A stretch of DNA of 63,394 nucleotides, filler included, from Lenisia limosa (Eukaryota > Protista > Breviatea): assembly GCA_001655205.1 (NCBI GenBank). It is 12 parts of 12 records of this genome, joined end to end, with 100 filler letters (N's around TTAATTAATTAA, not from the genome) between each part and the next. Parts side by side here need not be neighbours in the genome. Positions count along the whole stretch, not along the records: positions 35,061 to 40,786 come from LPNZ01011033.1; positions 40,887 to 44,639 come from LPNZ01004983.1; positions 44,740 to 46,679 come from LPNZ01010010.1; positions 46,780 to 48,382 come from LPNZ01007703.1; positions 48,483 to 53,284 come from LPNZ01002662.1; 7 more parts are not named here. The stretch is one strand, 5' to 3'. Positions 38,101 to 50,400 of this stretch are shown here, one piece after another; the stretch's first letter is position 1, and every line of letters starts with the position of its first letter. Both the position numbers and the translations under genes were made by a program. Under the pieces are notes generated by a model. That model ran no database searches. It saw nothing but the letters and a program-made list of their open reading frames with translations, and was not told the origin of the DNA.

Positions 38101-40758
38101 CTGTCCGCTGACGACTTCCCCGAAGTCGCATGTGAAGTTTGACAGGACCATTTGCTTGGTCACTACGGGGGCAGGGGTACTACGGAGACGACGGGCTGGA
38201 TGGTCAGTTCGTTTCATATTTTGTGCATTCCTACGGTCCCAAAAAAAGGCTGAATTTATCAATAAATCCTCGATAACATTATAAATACTTTATCGGACCG
38301 TAGAAAAGCACTATTCATATTAAAAAGGACATAATAAAAATAATGTAATAAAAAGGACATCATAAAAATATCAGCACTGTCAGCACATTCATTTGGTAAT
38401 GGTGCACGTAGGATATATCGAACGAACGCCGCATTATCTCAAAATGATATTGACGAAGGTAGTACTACAACTGACCCAAGATCTTCGCATACCTGAAGGG
38501 GGCGGGATCTCCTCCTTCGCAGTGACCGATTCCACAACAGCCAGTCTCTCAGCCTCGGCTCGGACCAGAGTAACTCGCTCCTGTTCCGCACGCGCAAGAG
38601 CTCCTGCAATGTTAACCGAAGTAAACAGGAATTTGCAGTTCACTTTAACGTGCACAAAATGTCTTCAAAGAAGAAGAAGAAGAAGAAGAAGAATAGTAAT
38701 AATAATAGTAATAATAATAACAATAATAATAACAATAATAATAACAATAATAATAACAATAATAATAATAGGGCCAACCAGGGGAAACAACAGAGGGAGT
38801 TTCAACACTAGTCATAGACTCCACTGCAAGAAGCGGAACTGGGGGCTTCTAGGAGGATGAATACCAAGAAGACTGTTATGCTGAAACGATCAAAGAGGTG
38901 CTTATGGTATCCCTATGTATTTATTTGTTTCCCTAGATTTCTAATGTATATAGTATTTCTCTTGTTCAATAAAAGAGAAAGCATTAGCCCCAAACCAGTT
39001 GCTCAGCGCCGTCTTTATCGGACACGGTCATATCGGTACGCGCAGTTTGCGGTTGCGTCGGCGCCTCCTGCTGCTCAACATCGCTTTCCTCAGCGGGAAT
39101 AACAGGAAGTTTCATTTCCGGCGGCAGAACATCCAGGATCGTCTCGAGAGTCGGGCCTCTCGCCGACGGAAGAGCGGATGGGGCGGCGGACGTAAAAGCG
39201 GATTGCGGAACACTAAAGGACCCCGGCTCGGCCAGGCTCATTTGGCTTGAGGAGGAATGGATCGTAGAGATCTGTTCGACACACACAGACCCTGAGGCAA
39301 CGCGGTTGAGAAGGTCCATGACGTTCGGAACGTTTTCGTCGGCTTCGGGAAGGAACATATCGACGCTGTCTTCGGTCCGCGGCAGACTCACGTTCACACG
39401 GGGGAAAACTCCGATTCCTTTCACTGTCACCTGTCAGCGGTTATATGGGGATAATCGAACACAAGTAGAGCATAACTTTTGGACTCGACGCTATTTTTAA
39501 ATCAATATTATATCAAAAATGCATTTTGGGACTAGAAGAGCAGTTTTTGAAAGAAGAGAGACAGGACGTAAGAAAAGAGAAAGGAGAACAAGAACAATGA
39601 AAAGCCCATTTGAAGATAATGGATAAGTAGAACCGCAATGACTCATCCCACTATCCCCCTTACGTCCTGAGGCTCGAAATGCGCCACTTTTACGGTGAAT
39701 TTCTCAGACACCGCTGCCGGGAGCCCGGGTGTGAACCGGACAACAAGCTTAACGCGGTCACCGGCCGGGATGGTGCCCTGGGCCGGGGCAATTGACAGAA
39801 GACCCCGTCCTGAGATGTTGTGAGTGTGCGATAACAAATTCATCACAATACATGAAAGAAAGCAATCTAGTATTTATATGTATTGAAAGAAAGAAGTAAA
39901 TTAATCAGATTGTAGATGGATTTGTCAGTCATAAAAGAAGCCGAAATAATTAATTTAAGGAGAAAATGACCCTCTAACGAGCGGCAGGGGGGATGAAAGT
40001 GCGGAACGCAAGGGGTACGCGGCCGAGGTTGGCGACAGCAATTTCCTTCTCTGCTGGGATGTGGTAGACCTGTGGCGTGAGAAGGAGAGATAAAGTCCTA
40101 TTTGAAATGTTAGTTAATGTGATATATCATCTCAACAGTCAACGATGTTATGCCCCTACCTGGTGCTTGAAATCTAGCATTGTGCGGTCAATCGCGTAAC
40201 GAGAAGCAGCAGCCTCGCCAGAAAGCAGTAAGCTGTACTGGGGCCCTCCAACGACATTACACACTGCGTAGACCTGAGCCTTCTTGGCTCCGAGAGCTCT
40301 GAAGACCACCCGGGACTCCAGGGACTCCCCGGGTTCTAGCTCGCCGGACATAGGGACAACATCGAAGATCTAAAGATCGGTTTAGGTGTTAAAGATCTAG
40401 TGGTGTTAAAGACTGATGATCGGATAAGGTGTTAAAGATATAATAATCGAATAAGGTGTTTATCGGTCAGCATTCTGATAGCCCTCCCATTTCCTCCACA
40501 GTGGAAGCAAAATGCGGCAGAAATGCGGCATACTTGGTTGAGTGGAGGGCCACCAACGGGGGGAGGACCGAGATTCGACCGCATTTCCAGGCCCCATTTG
40601 AAGTGAACGGGAAGGACAGACGAGTTGGTCATAGTCACCTTCTGGACGGGCTCGGTATCTAGATTGGCGCAGCCGAAGTTCACGCTCGTTTCGCTGAATG
40701 TCAGGTTCGGGAAGTGGGCTTTTGCTGAGAGCTCCACCGAGTCGCGCTGGGGGTGGTC
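35142..40758 (-). CDS. HYDIN: HYDIN central-pair protein, internal fragment with ASH/PapD repeats and P-loop-like insert
   Basis: About 2.8-kb exon inside the 972-aa ORF (DFGEVVSGQSRKRVVTFTNTG, FGHVVCGLCKVVTVQLHNP, FYSLDFDSLYHQEVEILR, NVIVHGLSGAGVTT); upstream exons FPNLTFSETSVNFGC, YSLLLSGEAA..YAIDRTMLDF, VAHFEP. Confidence 0.9.
38668..38770. repeat. (AAG)n/(AAT,AAC)n microsatellite in a HYDIN intron
   Basis: Visible directly. Confidence 0.95.
38906..38968 (-). repeat. Intronic repeat G; other copies 42491-42550, 54971-55031, 59882-59935, 60255-60311
   Basis: Host-sense consensus TGAACAAGAGAAATAATATACATTAGAAATCTAGGGAAACAAATAAATACATAGGGATACC. Confidence 0.85.
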
Positions 40759-40899
40759 CTGTGGGGTTAGAAAATCATTATCCATANNNNNNNNNNNNNN
40801 NNNNNNNNNNNNNNNNNNNNNNNNNNNNNNTTAATTAATTAANNNNNNNNNNNNNNNNNNNNNNNNNNNNNNNNNNNNNNNNNNNNTTACTCCCCCCAG

Positions 40900-42861
40900 A
40901 CCGAGGATTACGAGGTCCTCAATGTCACGCCCTCCGAAGGCCGTTTAGCACCAGGGGCGAAGACCAAGGTCACATTCCAGTTCAGGCCGCTTTTGCCACA
41001 ACCGCGACAGGGTGAGAGTTATTGGATCTATTGGATCTATTGGATCTATTGGATCTATTGGATCGGGGGGAGGGGGAATTCAAATCATATACTACTGCAT
41101 ATGCTCATATGCCCCTTCCCTGGGTAACTTTACATTAATATCCTTCATCGCAATTCTTTGTTTTGTACGATGGAGTGATGCTTGATTGTTTTTGTCTTTA
41201 TTGTTATCAACCCTTGTGTGTTGCTAGCCATCAGAGTTTATTTTGTGCTATTTTATTTTATTTATTTCATTAATTTTCCAATTACCCCTTCCTCTCCCCC
41301 CCCCCAGGCTTCTCAGCCGCCGACCCTCCCGGCACGTCCCTAATTCGCGAGTACGACGTTCCAGCCTCGTTGAAGGTTGTTGAAACCGGCCATGAGGTGT
41401 ACCTCAACTTCAGCGGACGGGTGGGGGGGGGGGGNNNNNNNNNNNNNNNNNNNNNNNNNNNNNNNNNNNNNNNNNNNNNNNNNNNNNNNNNNNNNNNNAG
41501 TTAGAATTCAGGTCCCCAAATAATTCAGAATATTTTTCGTTAATTTACGAATTTCTTAAGTTAAAAAAACTTAATTTTTTAATAATTAAATTTACGCACA
41601 TATGACGATGTAAAATTCACGTCGCCGAACCCTTTAAAACCTTCGGTTTGCCTCACCCCTCCAGGCCATGCGCCCCATTGTGGAACTGTCTCTTAAGGAT
41701 ATTAACTTCGGCGAGGTGGGTGGGAGTCGAGCTGTGGTTGATATGTTTCTTCATTTTTAGGTGTTTTGTATGTATGTATATACCTTTTTTGAGTTATTTC
41801 ATAAAATATTCAGGAAATTTAGGCAATTTTGGAAGGACACTTACCGTATTTAGGTTGTTACTCTCGGAGCTGCAGATGTTGCTGTCAAGCTGCGTAATCT
41901 CTGCCCTGAATTACCCATGCCATTTAGTGGGGGCTATGTCATTTGTGCATTTATTGTGTTCATAGCAATCAAAACAGTACAACCTCTTTTTAACTAATCA
42001 CGCAGACTTTGAGCGCGTGGCCCATTTTCGCGTCAGCCCCCTCAAAGGTACCCTGCAGCCTTTCCAGTCCACAGACGTCATTCTCACTTTCGCGCCTAAT
42101 CAGGTACGCTAATATTGCGCCATGTTTACGAATCGTGTGTTGTTTGTACTTGTTCTTTGTTTGTTTTGTTGTTCTCAACCCTCGTGTGTTGTCAGCCAAC
42201 AGAGTTGATTTTGGNNNNNNNNNNACCCGGATTCGGCCATGTTGACGACTCTTGTACTCAGTGTGAGGCCAAGTTCTTCAAGGCCACTACCGCTAATTCC
42301 GTATGGGGGAGTGGTATATCACCAGTGGATGTGGGTTAAAATATGACATTTTGGTTCATTCACACGTGTGCAATATTGTTTTCCATCTGATACTGTCCAA
42401 TTATTAATTAATTTATCATTTTTAAAAAAAAATCTTTTGCGTTATTTTGATCTATCCACACACCCAATATCTTTGACCTCCCCCTTTTTTTAACAAAAGA
42501 AATAATATACATCAGAAATCTAGGGAAACAAATAAAGAAATCGGGATACTATCAACAAATAAATATCAAAATTTTAAATTTTTTGGATACTTTTTTTAAC
42601 TGTATTGTAAAGTGAGGTAAAACAAATTACCCCCTTAATCAAACACCTCTTTATTTCTTTCTCAACTCCACACCGAGCCCGGGCTTTTTTTGTTTTGTTG
42701 TTCTCAACCCTCGTGTGTTGTCAGCCAACAGAGTTGATTTTGGGCTTTTTGTTGTTGTTTCATAAATTGTCCAATTTTACCCCCCTCTGTACTGACACCA
42801 CAGATGGGGCAATTCCGCTCGGTCCTGCCACTGCATGTCTGCGGCGGCACCGGCCTTGTCG
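40900..42861 (+). CDS. CFAP47: CFAP47-like ASH-domain ciliary protein, internal fragment
   Basis: VTPSEGRLAPGAKTKVTFQFRP..EYDVPASLKVVETGHEVYLNFSG..LSLKDINFGE|..LRNLCPELPMPF|..VAHFRVSPLKGTLQPFQSTDVILTFAPNQ|MGQFR resembles CFAP47 (NFEIDPEKG..SFVPHQLGVFK). Confidence 0.75.
41028..41066. repeat. (ATTGGATCT)n short tandem repeat in a CFAP47 intron
   Basis: About 4-5 units visible. Confidence 0.9.
42678..42803 (+). repeat. Intronic repeat B (intron 3'-end cassette), about 15 copies in the window
   Basis: Consensus GGGCTTT..TTGTTGTTMTCAACCCTCGTGTGTTGTCAGCCAACAGAGTTGATTTTGGGCTTTTT..TTCATAAATTTTCCAATTTTAC(C)n..AG. Confidence 0.9.
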
Positions 42862-43274
42862 GTACGGGGGTATTATCGGATACAGCGGCCTTGACGGTCC
42901 GGGGGTATGAAAATTACAGAGTTGTAATGTTAATTATTGGCTGAATTAATAGTATGATTATGCTACAATCTACTATCTCTTATAGACATGGTGTGGACGA
43001 TTTCGGCCAGATACAACCTTATTTTTTTTCATTTTTTTTCATTGTTACATATAGCGGACTTGTCGGTATGTTTACTCACTCCTCAGAACTTCGCGTTATG
43101 GGCTCAGCCGTCGGGTACCAAAGATGCGTCAAGGCAAGGGTGGGGGTGTAGTTGATTTTGTCTTTTTTATTATTACCCAAAAACTCCCTCAGTCTTGCCT
43201 TCTTTTTTGTTCCCCAGATACCCTTCTATTGTCCATGCCCTTACCCCGCCTCCCCCCCCCCCCCNNNNNNNNNN

Positions 43275-44509
43275 TTTTCTAAGTGCGAGTGTCTCCCCAC
43301 GTTTATTAATGTTGGAGGGGGTCACAATTCTTGTCATTCATCATAATCATCAACATTTACCATAATCATAATCACCACCATCATTATCATCACCATCACC
43401 ACCAACATCACCATCATTAACATCAACATCAACATCATCATCATCATCATCATCATCACCGCCAATACAGGTTGGCAGCGACTTAGAACCGACATGTACC
43501 TGTCCACAAGGAACTGAACTCACTATTCGAGGTGAGTTACATTGGGTGCTTTAGAGGGGTGTGAGTTATAGTTTTTCTGTTTCCATAGAGGTTGACACAA
43601 AATTTGCTGTTAAATATACTGTACTATAATCCAATATCTTTTATAAGCGTGATGGTGTGTACGGCTTCGGCCAGATACAACCTTGTTTGTGTATTTCCTT
43701 CTCCTAGATAATACCTTGCTTTCTTGGAATTCACTTCGGTTCGAAAAATACCAGTAAAATAGTGGTAATTTTCGAAGATTAATCGAGAAATTAAGTCTTG
43801 TTTCGAACCGAAGTGAAGCCATATTTCTTGCTCCTCTACATCTTATATCTGATAACTTGGCTCTCAAAAACTTCATCACTTAGATTCAACCCCTCTCTGC
43901 GCTCCATGCCCCAAAGGCTACATTACTGGTGAGGGGGCTGGGAGGTCTAAAAAAAATGGCTGGGATCGGTGGGATAGTCTGTATATCTAGGTCTTCACGT
44001 CAGCTGGAAAAAAGACTGATTTTTTCGATAAATCGTCGACAGCTTTCGATATTTTCCTGTCATTTTTCGGACTGGAGTGAAGCCCAATGTCTATGGTGTA
44101 ATTTTTTGAAGAGTTGGATATAAATGTTCATAGAGNNNNNNNNNNNNNNNNNNNNNNNNNNNNNNNNNNNNNNNNNNNNNNNNNNNNNNNNNNNNNNNNN
44201 NNNNNNNNNNNNNNNNNNNNNNNNNNNNNNNNNNGTATTCATCCAAATAACCTTTTTTCCCCTGCAATTATTTTCACTTTTCCCTCAATATTGAAACTCG
44301 AATTTCAAGCAAGCTTTTCCTTAGAACCAATTGTCGACATCCACAATATTTCTCTCCCTTTAATTTATCTCGAATGTCCAGGGGACGTTGGCTTCTGTGT
44401 GCCATGCGATGATGGGGAGACCTCTAATGTCCTCGGGACCGTTTGTGTCTGTCTCCAGGGCTTCTATCTTGATGAAGATACGAAAATATGCACCAAGTGC
44501 CCGGATGGT
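43275..44509 (+). CDS. Cys-rich repeat (CxC/CxxC, GCC2_GCC3-like) surface-type protein fragment; an extra exon lies at 42225-42300
   Basis: Exons CECLPTFIN, PTCTCPQG, PLCAPCPKGY, CVPCDDGETSNVLGTVCVCLQGFYLDEDTKICTKCPDG with GT-AG borders. Confidence 0.75.
43335..43460. repeat. (CAT/CAC/CAA)n microsatellite
   Basis: Visible directly. Confidence 0.9.
43625..43692 (+). repeat. Intronic repeat D with GGC-TTCG-GCC hairpin; other copies about 6782, 32915, 32965, 33872, 42980, 46815, tandem 48484-48692
   Basis: Consensus TCCAATRTCTYTTATAAGCGTGATGGTGTGKACGGCTTCGGCCAGATACAACCTTGTTT. Confidence 0.85.
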
Positions 44510-44544
44510 TGGGGGAATTGGTTGTAAGGGAGATGTGTTATTGA

Positions 44545-44629
44545 AAGGGCTTCACTTCGGTTCGAAAAAAAGACTGGATTTCTCGATTTCGAAAACTATC
44601 AATAATTTCCCGAACCGAAGTGAAGCCTT
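44545..44629. mobile_element. MITE family A (about 85-100 bp, 17-20 bp TIR); copies near 8350, 32701, 38224, 43728, 43989, 44545, 47747, 60609, 60742, 61478, 62435, 63025
   Basis: TIR GGGCTTCACTTCGGTTCG / CGAACCGAAGTGAAGCC(C), or variant GGGCTTCCCTACGGTCC; shared core GACTGAATTTCTCGATAAATCCTCGAAAACTATCGATAT; mostly TA/TTA flanks. Confidence 0.85.
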
Positions 44630-44859
44630 TATTAACATGNNNNNNNNNNNNNNNNNNNNNNNNNNNNNNNNNNNNNNNNNNNNTTAATTAATTAANNNNN
44701 NNNNNNNNNNNNNNNNNNNNNNNNNNNNNNNNNNNNNNNGACCTTGCATCCTGTCAGATCACACGGGGTGATATCGTGGTGAGAATGGGCGCTGATGTGT
44801 TAAAAAAAACAACAGTTTTTCATAAGAATTCATGCATGAAGCAAATGGAGCCAGGAAGC

Positions 44860-46290
44860 CTACCATAGATACGCAGAGACAGAGTGCATAAACGCAGTTG
44901 ATATGAAGGCCGACCCAAAGTACGTTGAATGGTTGACAGCCATAATTTCTAGGTCTGATACTAAACCGGCTGTTAAGACACGGTAACAAAGCTCACTTGT
45001 TATGAGGGATTGTGAGATTGAAGGGTCTGAAAAAAACGTTTTCAAATGTATGTCCGCCGTTTTAGCCTTGATATTTAGCCCTTCAACAGAGTCGAAAGGA
45101 GAACAGTCATTCTTCTGAGCCAATGGAACAGCATAAGGGACAGTGAGATGTTGGAACTGCTCAAACGCCTTAAGAGGCGGCTCGCTTCCAATCGAGAAGT
45201 AGAGGGATTCAACTGAGAAGGGGCGGCGGTTGCGTACTAGTGGCGTNNNNNNNNNNNNNNNNNNNNNNNNNNNNNNNNNNNNNNNNNNNNNNNNNNNNNN
45301 NNNNNNNNNNNNNNNNNNNNNNNNNNNNNNNNNNNNNNNNNNNNNNNNNNNNNNNNNNNNNNNNNNNNNNNNNNNNNNNNNNNNNNNNNNNNTAAATCAA
45401 GTAATAAAGAGGTATCCAAAACACACAAGACTATAGCTCAAGAATGAGTGTAAAGGCGCAATAGGGGGGACGGAACAGAATAATACTAGCTATATGATAT
45501 GACGTTAATGAAGTAGATATCAGATAGTTGAATGGTGTTATTGCCGAAAGAACTATCATACTCAATCAAGTACGAGCGGATTTCATGACCGTCATCCGCC
45601 TTCTGGGCCATGTATATCGGCAGGNNNNNNNNNNNNNNNNNNNNNNNNNNNNNNNNNNNNNNNNNNNNNNNNNNNNNNNNNNNNNNNNNNNNNNNNNNNN
45701 NNNNNNNNNNNNNNNNNNNNNNNNNNTATCACACAGGGTATTCCAGAAAAGAAGAAGATAATTGAGCCCCGGAACAAACCTGCACGTTGAGGCGCATCAT
45801 GTTGTCCGGCAGGGGGCAATACATCCCAGCATACTGTCTCATCAGATATCATCAGACATACGATATGGTGTCCAGTTGATTCATACCATACAAGAACAAG
45901 AGCAAACTCAGGAAACCCCCCCAACATAAAGTGAGTGATTGCTTGAGAGGTAGTAGTCATTTTGCCCGACACGTAACCCTCGGCCCGTGGAAGCGCCCAG
46001 TTTCAGAATGGGGTGGTCCATGGGTCTAAAGAATAAGCAAGCCTGTGCAGCCGGCGGCCTACTCAACATCCGTGGTGCCGACAGCAAGGATCCAGAGGCC
46101 TGGGCTTGAGACGCACATGGGGACCGTGACCTTCAAAATGACAAAGAGCAGCAGAATATAACTTATTCCACTACAATCGCTTATTTTAGATCCAAAGATA
46201 CTTAATCCACAAACAAAGCTATCGGCCATGCTGAAGAACAGATACTCCCATTCGTTCTTTTCGGAGTTGTATGCGAAGAAAGACACCTCT
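44860..46290 (-). CDS. Hypothetical protein fragment
   Basis: Long open stretches (RPFSVESLYFSIGSEPPLKAF..AQKNDCSPFDSVEG..; SFFAYNSEKNEWEYLFFS) broken by gaps; no family recognised. Confidence 0.45.
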
Positions 46291-47094
46291 AGATGTTCGC
46301 TCTGATGGNNNNNNNNNNNNNNNNNNNNNNNNNNNNNNNNNNNNNNNNNNNNNNNNNNNNNNNNNNNNNNNNNNNNNNNNNNNNNNNNNNNNNNNNNNNN
46401 NNNNNNNNNNNNNNNNNNNNNNNNNNNNNNNNNNNNNNNNNNNNNNNNNNNNNNNNNNNNNNNNNNNNNNNNNNNNNNNNNNNNNNNNNNNNNNNNNNNN
46501 NNNNNNNNAGATACAACATTTCAATTATCATTTCCGGTCCCCAACCCACATTGAGGCCAACTCGAAGATAGAACGCTCCCTCAACCATGAAGTAGCTGAA
46601 AAATTAAAACGAAGACGCAGAGAACCTAATATAAAAACAGACCGAAGAGAAACTAATAAGGTTGAAATTTGAAAACTTGNNNNNNNNNNNNNNNNNNNNN
46701 NNNNNNNNNNNNNNNNNNNNNNNTTAATTAATTAANNNNNNNNNNNNNNNNNNNNNNNNNNNNNNNNNNNNNNNNNNNNTGGGGATGGGTCAGACTCTCA
46801 ATATGACATGTATCGTAGTAGCTATGGAAAAGACGGCTTCGGCCAGATACCAGCTTGTTTTATTTCTCACTATGCATATGCATATGATATATAGTATAAT
46901 ACATATTATATCGATATATACATATGATATGTATATTATGATATACACATATCATATACAACATACAATCAACATTTCTCATGCAATGTTGAGGGGTATT
47001 TGGTGGAAGTTACATGTATTGATGTTACTGAGCCCATAGTACTGTAGTCATTCGGAAGTCTTATTACTGGTAAAGTGGTTGAGCAAAAATGGTT

Positions 47095-47412
47095 AAAATA
47101 GTTAATATTGGTCAAAAACTTAAAGATGGTTTAGATGTAATGGTTAAGATGGTTAAGTTGGTTAAGATTAATCGTTAAGATGGGTCAAAAGGTTAAAGAT
47201 GGTAGAGATTGTTAAGATGGTTAAGATGGTTAAGATGGTTGTTATGTTGAAATGGTCAAGATGGTTTAGATAAAATGGTAAAGATGAAATGGTTAAGATG
47301 AAATTGTGAAGATGAAATGGTGAAGATGAAATGGTGAAGATGAAATGGTAAAGATGAAATGGTAAAGATGGTTGAAATGAAATGCTTAAGATGTTTAAGA
47401 TGGTTAAGATGT
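47095..47412. repeat. Minisatellite (GGTTAAGAT / AAGATGAAATGGT units)
   Basis: Degenerate tandem array visible directly. Confidence 0.9.
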
Positions 47413-47459
47413 TACGTGCTATGTGTTCAATCAGGGCTATTATCTCTGTAAACCTGTGT

Positions 47460-48382
47460 ATAGTTGTTTTTCTACCCAACAAAGTACCTCACACCACCAG
47501 CCGTAGACGTGACCACAATCAACCAAGCCCCCTCTTCGTCTTTCCAGTCGGAAACCCCTGATTCCTGGTGGCAAATTAAAGTGGGGGGAGGGGCAGGACA
47601 CGCTTCCGTTAAACCACCAAAGCGGAATTCGTTCCTAGTCCAAGACAAGTTGTAATTCAAATGATATATTGTCAAGTATACTGTATCATTTTAATGCCTT
47701 TTCTATTTCTTTTTCTCTCCAACACTATCTCCATCATCACCCCTTAGGCTTCACGGTTCGAAATAAGACTGAATTTCTCGATAAATCCTCGAAAACTATC
47801 GATATAATACTGGTCTTTTGCAAAACGAAGTGAAGCCCTTATCACTCCCTAGACGAACAACCCATCCTCGTCCTGGATGGACAATGTTGGAGAGTCGAGT
47901 GGAACATCATTTGTCAAGCCGAAAAAGAAGAAGGAAGTGGGGGGGGGGGTTAATATTGATTGTAATATCTGTTTTTCACGATATTTTATTATTTTTTTGA
48001 ATTTCACATGTGATTTTTTTTCATATTTTTTTTTTGAGCAACATTCCAATATATTTATAGATATACCTATTGCATTACCTTTGAGTAAAATCTATTATAT
48101 TTGAGCTATTCCATTTTATTTTAAGTTCTAGTTCGGTATAGTGCAATTAATTTTTTGAGGAAATTATTTGACAAAATTTGACATTAAAGTGTTTGGAATA
48201 GGGTTCTCGTTACAATATGTCCGACCTCATTCAATTAATTGCACGGAGCCCTAGTTATTGGTCTTCTATATGACATCACCCCAGATTGTCTATGACGACA
48301 ACCTCTTCAAAACGACTGAAGTGTCGGAATGGAAAGCGTCGGAAGCAACGGTCGGAAGCGAAGCTGCCCCGGCCGCTGGCTC
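47460..48382 (+). CDS. Hypothetical Ser-rich protein fragment with basic NLS-like motif
   Basis: GT-AG exons ..DSWWQIK, ..GTSFVKPKKKKE, and one from about 48284. Confidence 0.4.
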
Positions 48383-48483
48383 NNNNNNNNNNNNNNNNNN
48401 NNNNNNNNNNNNNNNNNNNNNNNNNNTTAATTAATTAANNNNNNNNNNNNNNNNNNNNNNNNNNNNNNNNNNNNNNNNNNNNG

Positions 48484-48692
48484 GTTGTATCTTCAAATAT
48501 TATATCTAGCAATGATAAATCAAAACAAGGTTGTATCTGGCCTAATCCTTCAATTATCATATATAGCAATGATAAATCAAAACAAGGTTGTATCTGGCCG
48601 AAGCCTTCAATTATCATATATAGCAATGATAAATCAAAACAAGGTTGTATCTGGCCGAAGCCGCCCACCATCACGCTTACATGAGATATTGA
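48484..48692 (-). repeat. Tandem about 59-bp units built from repeat D
   Basis: GCAATGATAAATCAAAACAAGGTTGTATCTGGCC repeated 3 times, plus a partial unit. Confidence 0.9.
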
Positions 48693-48702
48693 ACCCCCCT
48701 CC

Positions 48703-49860
48703 CCTACCATTGCACCATCAAAGAGAAGGCGCGAGTGCTCTTTGCATGAAGAATTGCGTCAAAGTAATACTGCCCTGCCATGATCGCTGGGTTGTCAAAT
48801 ATGAATTAGAATTAAAGCTTTACTCAGAGAAAGACCGGGTTTAAAAAATTACTGTGTTTCGAATCGGAGTTAAGCGAGCTATGTATGTTTATTGCCAAAT
48901 AAACTAGTATGGTTCCAATAACAACGAGGACTGAAAACAGAACCCTCCTGCCCAGGGCTTTTATGACTGCCTCTATCGATCGATTCTCAAGGTATTCCAT
49001 CATATCTACATCCACCCGTACCCTAAAACCCANNNNNNNNNNNNNNNNNNNNNNNNNNNNNNNNNNNNNNNNNNNNNNNNNNNNNNNNNNNNNNNNNNNN
49101 NNNNNNNNNNNNNNNNNNNNNNNNTTGATGGGTAATTGTGCAAAAAGAAACACACAAGACCCTTTTGTAGGTCTCCTATTGGGTAGAAGCGTAGAAGCTT
49201 GGTTCGGCTTTTCTTTGAGTGAATTAGAGATAAAATTACGCCCTTCAAGAAAACAGACAGTTCTACGTTTCTATCACAATTCTATCCTTCTATCACTGAT
49301 CGCTGTTTCCTTCTCTTCTAATTCCAATTCAAATCCTTTCAATTCATTCAAATTTGGATAGAATAGGTATAATTTCAGGTATATTTGGAGGGGAATTTCC
49401 CCCCTGCTTTCCCCGGTAACGCAGTGGTTCAGCAATTGCACCCAAAAGTCAGCTGTGGATCAAAATATGAATATTTGTCTTTTGTATGTATTCGCAATAT
49501 ACTTTTATCTTCAGGTGTAATCATCATCATATCACTGTATATGTATTATATGATCTATTCAAGCTCCCATAACAGCATTGTCTGATCTATCAGCCAGTAT
49601 TGAATTAAGGGAGTAGTGTTTGCTTCTTATTTGGATTGTATATCTTGTTTCAAGCCCTCAATTTTTCAGTACTTGTGCTGGCCATCTTCATAGTAGCACT
49701 TCTGTACAATTGCTGTACGTATGCAGACGGAACTGTTTTACTATTATTGCTGTTGATTTATTAGCTCTGGGCTACTCAATAATATTTGCAGGTTTCCGAC
49801 AAGGCGTCTCTCAGGTTCATCAGCTCCGCCGAGCGATGATATCCAGTTTCAAAGTATGAA
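48703..49860 (-). CDS. Hypothetical multi-exon protein fragment
   Basis: Exons AIMAGQYYFDAILHAKSTRAFSFDGAM, RVRVDVDMMEYLENRSIEAVIKALGRR, ADFWVQLLNHC with GT-AG borders. Confidence 0.45.
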
Positions 49861-50259
49861 GGATAGGAATTGAATCATATATTGAAAACAAATACTGTTG
49901 ATTCATTTCATATCATAGATTATTCATATACACATGGGAATTTTTGGAACATCATTTTTTTACTGTGGACTTCATCTACACAAAAAATAACAATTTTTTT
50001 GAAAAATACTAAAATTGAACTGAACTGACGTCACCCAGTTTTCTTAGTAGAACCGAGTGGTACTCCTATTTATTCTTTATATTTAAATATTGTTTTTATT
50101 TCTTAAAACAGCAGTAAACTAGAGCTTTTTGAAGAGTATGAGNNNNNNNNNNNNNNNNNNNNNNNNNNNNNNNNNNNNNNNNNNNNNNNNNNNNNNNNNN
50201 NNNNNNNNNNNNNNNNNNNNNNNNNNNNNNNNNNNNNNNNNNNNNNNNNNNNCATTCCT

Positions 50260-50400
50260 CGGTTTGCTGTTCAAGTTTTAATCTGAGTATATAATAGTAT
50301 GAATCAACGGGTTTGCTGTTCTAGTTTTAATCTGAATATATAATAGTATGAATCAACGGGTTTTGCTGTTCAAGTTTTAATCTGAGTATATAATAGTATG
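50260..50400. repeat. Three tandem about 49-bp units
   Basis: GGTTTGCTGTTCWAGTTTTAATCTGARTATATAATAGTATG x3. Confidence 0.9.

Noticed and set aside
35344-38262. Treating the 972-aa ORF as a complete gene
   Set aside because: Both ends run into introns (a MITE-A copy overlaps the supposed start; a donor follows ..LNISFQ); more HYDIN exons lie on both sides.
48484-48692. Regularly spaced repeats resembling a CRISPR array
   Set aside because: The intervening sequences are near-identical rather than unique spacers, there are no cas genes, and the context is a eukaryotic intron; it is a tandem of repeat D.
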